From a virus (Duplodnaviria > Caudoviricetes), in IMG/VR virus record IMGVR_UViG_3300032260_000006, positions 1 through 51,087 of that record: a stretch of 51,087 bases of DNA; one strand, 5' to 3'. Each line of letters begins with the position of its first letter. Position 1 is the stretch's first letter. Of the stretch, positions 30,310 through 38,728 are shown piece after piece. The notes beneath the pieces were generated by a model. It saw nothing but the letters and a program-made list of their open reading frames with translations, ran no database searches and was not told the origin of the DNA. The translations under genes and the position numbers were made by a program.

Positions 30310-30636
30310 TTACCAAACGATTTTTATATTAGTTACTGTTGTACCTGATGCCACTATTTTTTTTAATCTATATGGTAGTGGTTTTCCCGTATAAGCAGTA
30401 ACTTCCGCAACACTTATTATATAAGTCTCACTATCTTCTTGTCCAAATAATTGAACTATAATTACACCTACATCTAATGGTACAGCAAAAAACCCTTCTG
30501 ATTGAATTTTTGGAGTATAATTATAATCAACAGTAGCATAGTCTACCCCATTATTAAAAACAAAGGGGACTGTTAACCCCTTTGTGTCTTTAATATTTAT
30601 TCCAGGATAATTTCTTTTACTTTTAGGTGATCCCAT
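30310..30636 (-). CDS. Small putative structural protein
   Basis: 108 aa with C-terminal 'LPYRLKKIVASGTTVTNI', resembling spike-base type small proteins. Confidence 0.5.
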   Translation of the reverse strand: MGSPKSKRNYPGINIKDTKGLTVPFVFNNGVDYATVDYNYTPKIQSEGFFAVPLDVGVIIVQLFGQEDSETYIISVAEVTAYTGKPLPYRLKKIVASGTTVTNIKIVW

Positions 30637-30649
30637 GATTTATAAATTT

Positions 30650-31579
30650 TTATGTTACAGTTAATGTTATTGCTACATTTATAGCAGTTTGACTCAATTG
30701 ATCTGTTACTAAAAATACCATATCTGGCGTTCCAGTTGTGGTTGGTATTCCACTAATTAAACCAGTAGAAGATAATGTTAATCCTGCCACTAACGGATCA
30801 GATGTTGCATCTAATGCATAAGTATAGGCTTCATTCCCACCTGTACTAGCTAATTGAACGCTGTAATCTCCAGAACCTGGAGTTGCTTCAGCAACACCTA
30901 TAGAACCAGCACCATCTTCAGCAGCATTATGAACTGTTGCATCTGTTACTGTACCTAAATCACTATTTGTAACAGTTAATGTACCATCACCATTATCAGT
31001 AATAGTTTCAAAACCTGTCCAATCAGATATTAATTCAATTGCAGCTTTAACTTTACCAGCAACCTGAATCGCTGTATCAGCTGTTGCTATACCTGCCAAT
31101 ATTTGATATGTTGTAGCTAAAAATAATGGTCCTGTTGGAACTGTACCAGCTGCATCTAAATCTAACCAAACAGCAAAACTTTCGCCAGCTTTATTGTTGA
31201 GAATCATATAATCCCCTTGAGCTGAATTAGCAAAAGTATCCATTGTTACTGTAGTAATTTCTGCTACACCTACTGTTCCAGCTGCTAATGAACTTGTTGT
31301 AATGCTAAGAGCTGTTGCTGTATTTAAAGCACTAGAGCTATTTGCTGAAAAATCAACTTCTGTTAATGTGAAATTATTATCTTCTGCAAATGCTATAAAT
31401 TCTTGGTAAGTGTAGGGTAAAAGATTAAAATCAATACCTATTCTTATTAAATCATCCTCAGTTGGAGTTCCTGAAACATTTCTATCATGAACGGTAAAAT
31501 TATCCATCCCTGTAATAAAATCTGTCTTGAACTCGTAATTGAAGGTATTTTGTGTATTTGAAAATATGAAATTTTTCAT
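30650..31579 (-). CDS. Ig-like (He_PIG-type) domain virion protein
   Basis: 'LSITTSSLAAGTVG' and 'YSVQLASTGG...GLTLSSTGLISGIPTTTG'. ATG 31579 is preferred over 31597 because of the leader-motif spacing. Confidence 0.7.
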   Translation of the reverse strand: MKNFIFSNTQNTFNYEFKTDFITGMDNFTVHDRNVSGTPTEDDLIRIGIDFNLLPYTYQEFIAFAEDNNFTLTEVDFSANSSSALNTATALSITTSSLAAGTVGVAEITTVTMDTFANSAQGDYMILNNKAGESFAVWLDLDAAGTVPTGPLFLATTYQILAGIATADTAIQVAGKVKAAIELISDWTGFETITDNGDGTLTVTNSDLGTVTDATVHNAAEDGAGSIGVAEATPGSGDYSVQLASTGGNEAYTYALDATSDPLVAGLTLSSTGLISGIPTTTGTPDMVFLVTDQLSQTAINVAITLTVT

Positions 31580-31626
31580 TTTGTTTAAAGTGTACATCCT
31601 TAAACCGATTGTTATTTGTACGATGT

Positions 31627-31654
31627 TTATAAACGCTATAAAATTAATAAAAAA
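31627..31654 (-). promoter_or_regulatory. Putative late promoter
   Basis: Contains 20 nt identical to 37278-37297 and lies just downstream of a terminator. Confidence 0.6.
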
Positions 31655-31677
31655 TTTTCTTATATTAAAATTTATTA

Positions 31678-31704
31678 AATAAAAAAGGGGAATTACCCCC
31701 TTTT
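31678..31704 (-). terminator. Intrinsic terminator
   Basis: AAAAGGGG/CCCCTTTT stem with a T run. Confidence 0.7.
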
Positions 31705-31707
31705 AAA

Positions 31708-31908
31708 TCATTTCCTGTATGCTTCTATTTCTTCTGGGCAACCCCATCTCCAATCACATACATCCCAAGGGTCTACCAATTCAACCATATTTAAAGGCCT
31801 TTTACCTTGGCTTACTCTTACCTTATTAGTTCTTCTATGTAATTTATTGTACCAATTATTGTACTTATTACTGTCTTTAACCCAAGGCTTTCTTTTACTT
31901 CTTGACAT
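31708..31908 (-). CDS. Small basic protein
   Basis: 66 aa, MSRSKRKPWVKD...WDVCDWRW. Confidence 0.65.
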   Translation of the reverse strand: MSRSKRKPWVKDSNKYNNWYNKLHRRTNKVRVSQGKRPLNMVELVDPWDVCDWRWGCPEEIEAYRK

Positions 31909-31955
31909 AATGTTCTAGTTTAGTTAACTAGAACACTGCAAAATATTTTATAAGA

Positions 31956-33920
31956 TTAAACTTCATAAACTTTGTCCCCTACTGTTATTTTAATTCCTTT
32001 CTTTTCTTTATTCTTATCCCTTTTAGGTGGTGTGAACATTCCTAATTCATCATCCCAAATATATCCTGCTGGAACTCTGTGAACCATACACCTACAATTA
32101 TGGACAATTACCCCCCTAGCAACAAAACTTTCATCTTCTTCAACCTCTATATCATACAGTTTTGTGTGTTTAGTTGTGAAATTTTTCTTTATAAATAAAA
32201 TATTGGTATATTCAAACCTATAATCTCCTTCATGGTTTTGTGTAATTCTTTCAATATCACCATGTAATATTCCTAATTTTGGCAATTCAGAATATCTTAA
32301 AACATGCCACCCATTAGATTTTAACAATTCATCTCTTTTATTGTCTTCATCTTTCCTGCTATCATGCCAATAGGCTCCATCAAATTCTATATCAATCTTA
32401 TATTTTGGCAAAGCAATATCCAAACTCTTGTTAAATATTTCATACTCTAATTCAACTTCTGAATAAAGAGATTTAACCATTTCATATAATTTTTTCTGCG
32501 GCTTAGAAACCCTCGTTCCAGCAGCTGCCTTCATAGCCTTTAATGCTTGCCCATTTAACATTCTTTCTTTAGTTCCTTCAATCATTTCCTTAGATTGAAG
32601 ATTTTTTAATGTATTTTCATGAACTCCATCTTCCCAATTCTGTTTAACTTTTTTACTTATTTTATCGCTAAATTCATCAAAACCTTCTTTCTTTCGTTTA
32701 TCCCATAATTTATTAGCATTAATAGCTCGGTATTTATTAGAACATTTATCACTGCAACAATTTTTACTATCACCCATATAAGATGGCAAATAATTATCAC
32801 AAATAACACATTTTTTTAATAATTTTTTAAGTTTATCTGTAGACTTTAAATCTTTTGTCATTACCCACCCCCTTTGTGTCAATAGTTTATGATCTCCTGT
32901 AAATGTCATTTTAACCACATCATCGGGCTCTTTAGTGTTATAATGATTATAATAAATAGTATAAGTCAACTTATGGCTTTCTTCTGTGTGTGGGCATGGA
33001 TAATCTTTTAAAGTTGATAAAACCTTTCTAAATCTCCCTTTATGAGTTAAAACTTGATCACCAATTTCAATTTCTTTAATCATCTTCCAGCCATTATCTG
33101 TTAAAACAGATGTTTTGCCTTCCGTAATCGAAAAAGGGTGGACTGGTTCTAATGTAGGAAGCCAATCTTTCTGTTTTTTCCCAACATTAGTTCCGTTTGC
33201 CCTTAATGTATCCAATGTGAATACTTTTGGCTTGCTTCCAATACCCCCAGTTGTATAAAATCTAATACAGAACCTACATGCCTGTGGATAAACCTCTTTA
33301 TATACTTGAGCTTCTTTACCATCTTGCTTTTCTATTTCAGCAGCACGACCTTCCTCATATACGGCAGCCATTTCAGTTGCTGCTATACGGCCTAAATCTC
33401 TACTCCAATCGCCTGTTTTATTTCCAATTTCTGAAATTACACTATTAATTGTATCACGCTCTACAATCGCTCTTTCTATACTTCCTTTTGTTGTTGCTTC
33501 AAAAAAGTCTCTATATGATTGACCTTCATTTACAATTATGTTTGTTGTATTTTGATTTACTTTTTGACCTAAATTTTTTAAATGTGAATAAGTTCTTTGT
33601 TTGGCAAAATCTAGAGAAGCTTTCTCTCTTGTATTTAATGGAACATACTGTCCACGCCTTAAATATTTAAGAAAATCATTGTATTCTAACTTTGCTGTAT
33701 TGTTATTGCCTAATGCAGCCGCTAATCTACCGAAATAGAAGTTTTGTTCGTATGGTGTGAATGGTGTCTTTAAGTCCTTTAAGTCTATCCCAAATTGCTT
33801 TAATAGCTTTATATCGTCCTTTGTTAGTATATCAGTTCCTACATTTTGACCGATAAACAAAGTATGATTAAAATTTATAATCTTTAATATTTCTTGTATT
33901 TTCTGTTGGTTGAAAATCAC
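31956..33920 (-). CDS. MuF/SPP1 gp7-like head morphogenesis protein containing an intein
   Basis: 'RIAATEM', 'ACRFC', and an HP(F)-CRC motif that is restored when the intein is removed. It lies downstream of the portal. Confidence 0.85.
   Translation of the reverse strand: MIFNQQKIQEILKIINFNHTLFIGQNVGTDILTKDDIKLLKQFGIDLKDLKTPFTPYEQNFYFGRLAAALGNNNTAKLEYNDFLKYLRRGQYVPLNTREKASLDFAKQRTYSHLKNLGQKVNQNTTNIIVNEGQSYRDFFEATTKGSIERAIVERDTINSVISEIGNKTGDWSRDLGRIAATEMAAVYEEGRAAEIEKQDGKEAQVYKEVYPQACRFCIRFYTTGGIGSKPKVFTLDTLRANGTNVGKKQKDWLPTLEPVHPFSITEGKTSVLTDNGWKMIKEIEIGDQVLTHKGRFRKVLSTLKDYPCPHTEESHKLTYTIYYNHYNTKEPDDVVKMTFTGDHKLLTQRGWVMTKDLKSTDKLKKLLKKCVICDNYLPSYMGDSKNCCSDKCSNKYRAINANKLWDKRKKEGFDEFSDKISKKVKQNWEDGVHENTLKNLQSKEMIEGTKERMLNGQALKAMKAAAGTRVSKPQKKLYEMVKSLYSEVELEYEIFNKSLDIALPKYKIDIEFDGAYWHDSRKDEDNKRDELLKSNGWHVLRYSELPKLGILHGDIERITQNHEGDYRFEYTNILFIKKNFTTKHTKLYDIEVEEDESFVARGVIVHNCRCMVHRVPAGYIWDDELGMFTPPKRDKNKEKKGIKITVGDKVYEV
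32097..33131 (-). mobile_element. Intein (345 aa) with Vsr/DUF559-like endonuclease
   Basis: Block A 'SITEGKTSVLTDNGWKMIKEIEIGDQVLTH', block B 'TGDHKLLT', and blocks F/G 'LYDIEVEEDESFVARGVIVHN|C'. Internally 'DIEFDGAYWH...RDELLKSNGWHVLR'. Confidence 0.9.
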
Positions 33921-34120
33921 TTAACTTGATTTAATAATTCAATTTGGATCATTTTGGTCATATTATTCATCATTTTAAGGTAGGAATCTGTGAATTTCTT
34001 TTCCGTAACTCCTGCTATTTTCGGGAAACGAATTGGGTCCTTTAGTCTTTTACCTTTACTTCTGATTAATCTTACTGTTTTAACCTCACCTATAGGTGGT
34101 ACTCTGTATGATTTAGCCAT
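33917..34120 (-). CDS. Hypothetical protein
   Basis: 67 aa, translationally coupled to its neighbours. Confidence 0.55.
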   Translation of the reverse strand: MAKSYRVPPIGEVKTVRLIRSKGKRLKDPIRFPKIAGVTEKKFTDSYLKMMNNMTKMIQIELLNQVK

Positions 34121-34330
34121 TTAGTTAGGATTAGTTTTAAAAAATAACTCAACAAATGCACAAATATTTTTAATCTCACCTATTTTTTCTTCTGGAATCA
34201 TAACTTGTATAGTGCTGGTTTCGCCTTTAAATGGAGCAACTTTAAAATCTGTAAAACCTTTTTCAATAAGCTTTTCCTTGAATTTCTCCACCTTATAATT
34301 ATCTGCTACTATTCCTGCTTTTTTTATCAT
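34121..34330 (-). CDS. Hypothetical protein
   Basis: Likely start MIKKAG at the ATGA overlap with the upstream stop. Confidence 0.55.
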   Translation of the reverse strand: MIKKAGIVADNYKVEKFKEKLIEKGFTDFKVAPFKGETSTIQVMIPEEKIGEIKNICAFVELFFKTNPN

Positions 34331-34812
34331 GATCCAACTTTTTGATTTGTTCCATCCCAAATAAATTCACTAACTGGCAAATGAGCTTTACATCCTACAC
34401 AATAGGTTGAACTATAAAAACTAGGTTTTCTCGCATATGTTTCAGCAATTGTAATATTCATTTCTGTCATTGTTCCACAACCACCAATATATCCACCTTT
34501 CTTTTCATGTTTATTGTATTCATCTAATTCTTCTTGAGTAACATATGTACTGCCAATAACCCTGCCACCTTCAACTAAACTTGGAATTGTAGCAACATAT
34601 ACTTTATTATTGGCTTTATAAATCTCATTCAATATATTTGGTTTATGTTCGTAATATCTACCAACATGAATATACTTAGTTCTTACTGGCCTAACAAGCC
34701 CTTTGGCAATTTCCTCATCTGATAAAACTAGGTAAGCTTCATTCTGTGATTCAGAATTGTCGTCTTTACTTTTACCCAATCTTGGGTCTTTGTTATCTGT
34801 TGTTAAACTCAT
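34327..34812 (-). CDS. Hypothetical Cys-containing protein
   Basis: 'GCGTMT...AETYARKPSFYSSTYCVGC', a probable zinc-binding module. Confidence 0.65.
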   Translation of the reverse strand: MSLTTDNKDPRLGKSKDDNSESQNEAYLVLSDEEIAKGLVRPVRTKYIHVGRYYEHKPNILNEIYKANNKVYVATIPSLVEGGRVIGSTYVTQEELDEYNKHEKKGGYIGGCGTMTEMNITIAETYARKPSFYSSTYCVGCKAHLPVSEFIWDGTNQKVGS

Positions 34813-34825
34813 TTTATTGTCATTT

Positions 34826-36493
34826 TTAGGCTATTTGAGACTCTTTTGTGAACTTATTAAGGTAATTGTTTAAGGATTTACTAAATGGATCTGTATTGCT
34901 TTTATTTTCAAATTCCTCATATGGATTGTCGAATGATTCCCCAGCATCTTCATCTACAGCTGCGTTTGCTTCTTCAGTGCCTGACTGTTCCATTTGCTTA
35001 TATGACACCATTATTTGATTAAGTAAAATATCTTTACTCATATCAAGCTCTTTATCACTATATTTTAAGAAGAAATCTTGAACTGACATACCACCATTTG
35101 TAAGAATCTTAACATCTCTTTCTAAAGATGCTTCTTCGTCATCTGGTTCTAATCCTGTGAATTTAAATTCATATTTTCCACCTGACATTGGTCCAACTAA
35201 ATACTTAGTGAATTTCCTTTGCCAAAACTTTAAAAATGGCTCTAATCCTTTTTCCTTACTATGAGCCAATCTTTCTTTTTGACCATCTTGACCAAATGTG
35301 CTATTTCCACCACCTTCAACATTAAATCCTACCTCACTTGGATCAATTCTAAATACTGTACAACTTAATACTGTTAAAAATTCACTCCATTTATGAAATT
35401 CCATGTCTCGATTTGAGAGCTGCATATTAAGCCATTCCATGTCTCCACCACTGATAGCAGCAAGTTTATGTGAATTGGAAGACCCCGAAAGTGTATTTCT
35501 CCATGCTTGTTTAAAATTTTCAAGTTGGGTGGAATCAACATTGCCTTTGAAGTTTAAAATACCTTTTGGATTACTGCCTTGTTGGAAGAAATTACCATTA
35601 TATTGGTTACTGTTCAACATCCATGTAATGACTTGAATCAATGTTTCGTTTTCGCTTAATCCATATCCATTCAACCTAACATTAGTTGTTGAATTTCTTA
35701 CTCCAAAACAAAGTTCCCAAGGATAATATTCTCTATAAATACTATTACCAAATACTTGTACGTATCTAGGCAAATATCCATTTATCATATACGCTTCAAG
35801 TTTGGCTCTTTCTTCTTCATTTTTAACATTGTGTTCTGCTAAATAGAAAGTTGTTCCATCATACACATCAAAGCCTGTTGGTCTACCTATTCTATCTACA
35901 GCAACTTCAAATACTCCTTGATCAATTGCCCAACTATCTTCATATAATTTTCTTGTAAAGCTTTCCCAGCCATCAAAATCCCAAATATTAGTATTACCGC
36001 CACGCTCTAAGAATAATACAATAGCTTCTATTTCTTTTTTCTCAGCATTAGTTAATTCTTTTGTTTCTGTATCAAATAGTCCTGGTTTCTTTTGAATTAT
36101 CCATCCTGGACTTTGAGAATTAATTGAAAAACTATTGAAATTACCAGCTTGTTCTATTCTAGTGTTAATTATAGCCTTTATTTGAGGTGTATTAGACATA
36201 TTCCTTAACAAATCATTATTAAGTCCTTGTGGCTTGTATTTATACCCTTCACCAGTATAATAGCTCTGCATAGGGTTGGTAGTAAACGACCTTAAATCAT
36301 TTTTCTTCCTTTCCTCTATACCTTTTATATGAGTTTTAGCTTCAACATAAGCTTGTGGATTATTAGAATTTAGAGCCTTTTCGATATAAAAAAGCTCTAA
36401 TTGTTCTAATTCTGTCTTTTGTCTTAACAGCTCTTGAAGATTTTTTGGTTTTGAATTATTCTGGCTTCTGTTAAATATTTTCTTCTTTGCCAT
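34826..36493 (-). CDS. Portal protein
   Basis: 'GYGLSENE', 'YNGNFFQQGSNPKGIL', 'RDMEFHKW', 'VFRIDPSEVGF' and 'SKEKGLEPFL' are HK97/Twort-type portal motifs. Confidence 0.9.
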   Translation of the reverse strand: MAKKKIFNRSQNNSKPKNLQELLRQKTELEQLELFYIEKALNSNNPQAYVEAKTHIKGIEERKKNDLRSFTTNPMQSYYTGEGYKYKPQGLNNDLLRNMSNTPQIKAIINTRIEQAGNFNSFSINSQSPGWIIQKKPGLFDTETKELTNAEKKEIEAIVLFLERGGNTNIWDFDGWESFTRKLYEDSWAIDQGVFEVAVDRIGRPTGFDVYDGTTFYLAEHNVKNEEERAKLEAYMINGYLPRYVQVFGNSIYREYYPWELCFGVRNSTTNVRLNGYGLSENETLIQVITWMLNSNQYNGNFFQQGSNPKGILNFKGNVDSTQLENFKQAWRNTLSGSSNSHKLAAISGGDMEWLNMQLSNRDMEFHKWSEFLTVLSCTVFRIDPSEVGFNVEGGGNSTFGQDGQKERLAHSKEKGLEPFLKFWQRKFTKYLVGPMSGGKYEFKFTGLEPDDEEASLERDVKILTNGGMSVQDFFLKYSDKELDMSKDILLNQIMVSYKQMEQSGTEEANAAVDEDAGESFDNPYEEFENKSNTDPFSKSLNNYLNKFTKESQIA

Positions 36494-36540
36494 TATATTC
36501 CTCTTGTATTCAATTGAATTTTACCGATTATTGAAGAATA

Positions 36541-37245
36541 TTATTTTTTACCCTTTTCTGTTTCTTCTTCTTTTTTGTCCTCATCGTCATCACCAATTTC
36601 AATCTCAATATTAGCTTTCTTCATATAATCATCAGACATATTCTTATAAGCTTTATTGAGGCATTTCTTCATCATGTCTTTGTCGCCTTTTGGATACTTC
36701 TCCACCATGCCTTTATACATGTCTTTTTTCTCCATACCACCTTTTGAAACATATTCAGATGCAGATTTCATCATGTCTTCATCGTAATCTTCATCTTTTT
36801 CTTCAGTTTCTTCCTTATCTGCTTTCTTAACAGCCTTCTTACCTTTTTCAAAAGTAATACCAACTCTACCTAACTCTTGATTAAGTGGAGTATCTAAATA
36901 AATACCTTTTTCTATTTTTTCACCAGTTTCAGACTTTTCAATAATGTCAAGCCATTTAACTTGCTTAGGTTGTACATAGATATCACTTTTAACGATTCTA
37001 TTCTCAATCATTTCATTAATAGTGTATTTGGTTAGATTTTTAAATTCAGCTGTTCCTGCCTTAATTAATTCAATTTCTTCTTCATTTAACTCATCCACTT
37101 CGCCTTTTTTAACTAATGAATTAAGATTAGCCATTAGCATTCCAATTTGCTGAGGACTAAAGATATCAAAATCTTTTACTTCATTTAACTTATCAAAATC
37201 ACTTTTTGTAATTTCGTTCTTGTTTGTAATCATTGTTGTGTACAT
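36541..37245 (-). CDS. Putative internal head protein rich in K-[S/A/G] motifs
   Basis: 234 aa and highly charged. It is the first gene after a late promoter and contains ITKS, IVKS, IEKS, IEKG, FEKG, MMKS, MYKG and LNKA. Confidence 0.55.
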   Translation of the reverse strand: MYTTMITNKNEITKSDFDKLNEVKDFDIFSPQQIGMLMANLNSLVKKGEVDELNEEEIELIKAGTAEFKNLTKYTINEMIENRIVKSDIYVQPKQVKWLDIIEKSETGEKIEKGIYLDTPLNQELGRVGITFEKGKKAVKKADKEETEEKDEDYDEDMMKSASEYVSKGGMEKKDMYKGMVEKYPKGDKDMMKKCLNKAYKNMSDDYMKKANIEIEIGDDDEDKKEEETEKGKK

Positions 37246-37277
37246 GATTATATTTATTTCATTTTAATTATACCGAA

Positions 37278-37305
37278 TTATAAACGCTATAAAATTATAA
37301 AAAAA
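37278..37305 (-). promoter_or_regulatory. Putative late promoter of the head operon
   Basis: TTTTTTTATAATTTTATAGCGTTTATAA, sharing 20 nt exactly with 31627-31646. Confidence 0.6.
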
Positions 37306-37314
37306 TTAAATAAT

Positions 37315-37353
37315 ATAAAAATAAAAGACTGCCTTTTTTAATTAGCAGTCTTT
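37315..37353 (-). terminator. Terminator separating the accessory region from the head operon
   Basis: AAAGACTGC/GCAGTCTTT stem (37324-32 and 37345-53) with a T-rich tail. Confidence 0.7.
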
Positions 37354-37609
37354 CTCGTTGATTACAATTAAACTAAAAACTATTACTTAACAACCTTTTT
37401 TAATTCTTCACGTCTTTTAATTAAAGCCTTATCGTTTTCAATTTCTTCTTTAAGTTCTTCAACTTCATCCATTCTGTTATTATGTTTTTAAATTATTCTA
37501 TAATATTCACCTTCGATTAAAATTAATTTACCCTTTAATTGAGGTTTATTAAATCTTTGTGTTATTATTTTCTTAGAACCAAAGAAATTCTTTGATTTAT
37601 TTTTCTTGG

Positions 37610-37641
37610 AAAAGTGAAACCCACCAATCATAGTGGGTTTC
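37610..37641 (-). terminator. Hairpin, possible terminator
   Basis: GAAACCCAC/GTGGGTTTC 9-bp stem with only a short T tract. Confidence 0.45.
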
Positions 37642-37668
37642 GTGTCAATCAAACTACTAAACAAAAAA

Positions 37669-37860
37669 CTAATAATTCTTTATTTTGTCTCCTAAAGTCA
37701 TTTCAGGCCTCCAGAGCTTATATCTTTGTGATTTATACCACTTATATAGATCTCCTCCAATAATTCCTGCGATCACTATAAAAATAGCCCCTAATGTAAA
37801 TAGGATGACGAATAATAATGCTCTTGATATCTTTAAGGCAATTAACTTAATTTTCCTCAT
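37669..37860 (-). CDS. Small membrane protein
   Basis: 63 aa with one long hydrophobic helix. Confidence 0.55.
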   Translation of the reverse strand: MRKIKLIALKISRALLFVILFTLGAIFIVIAGIIGGDLYKWYKSQRYKLWRPEMTLGDKIKNY

Positions 37861-37998
37861 CTTTTTCTTTTTCGTCTACTATTTTATCAATTTCTTCTTG
37901 TAGTTCTTCAATATTAATAGAAACAGATTTACCTTTAACTCTCTCTATATTAGAAATAGCTTGATTAACAATCTTTTTTGTTTCTCCAGTTAAATCTC

Positions 37999-38253
37999 TC
38001 ATTGCTTCTTTTCTTTAGGACAATTATGAACTAATTTACTACCTTGCTTTAATTTATCTACTTCAGTAGGTGTTAATTCCATTACTTTTTTACAATGTTC
38101 ACATGTAAATGTTATCTTTATTTCTTTAGTCTCAATATTAACATTTAAATCAGAATCTTTTGGAAATACAGATCCTTTTAGCTCATGAGTCTTTGTCGCT
38201 TTAGACTTATCAACTTTAATTCCCCATTTGGAAGGCTTTAATTCTTTTGCCAT
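37999..38253 (-). CDS. Hypothetical zinc-ribbon protein
   Basis: 84 aa, CEHC...HNC. Confidence 0.6.
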   Translation of the reverse strand: MAKELKPSKWGIKVDKSKATKTHELKGSVFPKDSDLNVNIETKEIKITFTCEHCKKVMELTPTEVDKLKQGSKLVHNCPKEKKQ

Positions 38254-38444
38254 TACTCAATTATTTTACCATTTATTGTTTCAACTGCCTTTTCAAACCC
38301 ATTAACAAAACTAATATAATCTGAATGATAAGTGTTACCACCACCAAATCCACTATTAACATCTTCTGCATATTCTTCTGCTAACACATCTATAATCTTT
38401 TTAGAAAAGGTTATATTATTTGTTGGCTTTTTAGTTTTTGTCAT
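38253..38444 (-). CDS. Hypothetical protein
   Basis: 63 aa, coupled to the next ORF. Confidence 0.55.
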   Translation of the reverse strand: MTKTKKPTNNITFSKKIIDVLAEEYAEDVNSGFGGGNTYHSDYISFVNGFEKAVETINGKIIE

Positions 38445-38685
38445 TTTATGTCTGTTTTTTTAAGGTGATAGCCTTAATTCACTTCTAAATTTTAAGGTTT
38501 TGCTATTTATAATTAACTAACTGTTTTAAAAACACTGGGTTAATCTTATTTACGTCTACAAAATCCCTTTTTTTGCAATAACCCAGTGTTTCCTTTACTT
38601 TTTTATAAACTTTAAAATAGCATATTGATTCCTCCTGATTAGTTAATACTCTGTAATTATCGTTTATATAATTATCTTATGACTG

Positions 38686-38716
38686 CAAATATATAAAATA
38701 TATCTGACAATACAAA
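38686..38716 (-). promoter_or_regulatory. Bacteroidota housekeeping-sigma promoter
   Basis: TTTG-N19-TATATTTG on the minus strand. Confidence 0.75.
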
Positions 38717-38728
38717 TTTTTTTAAGCT

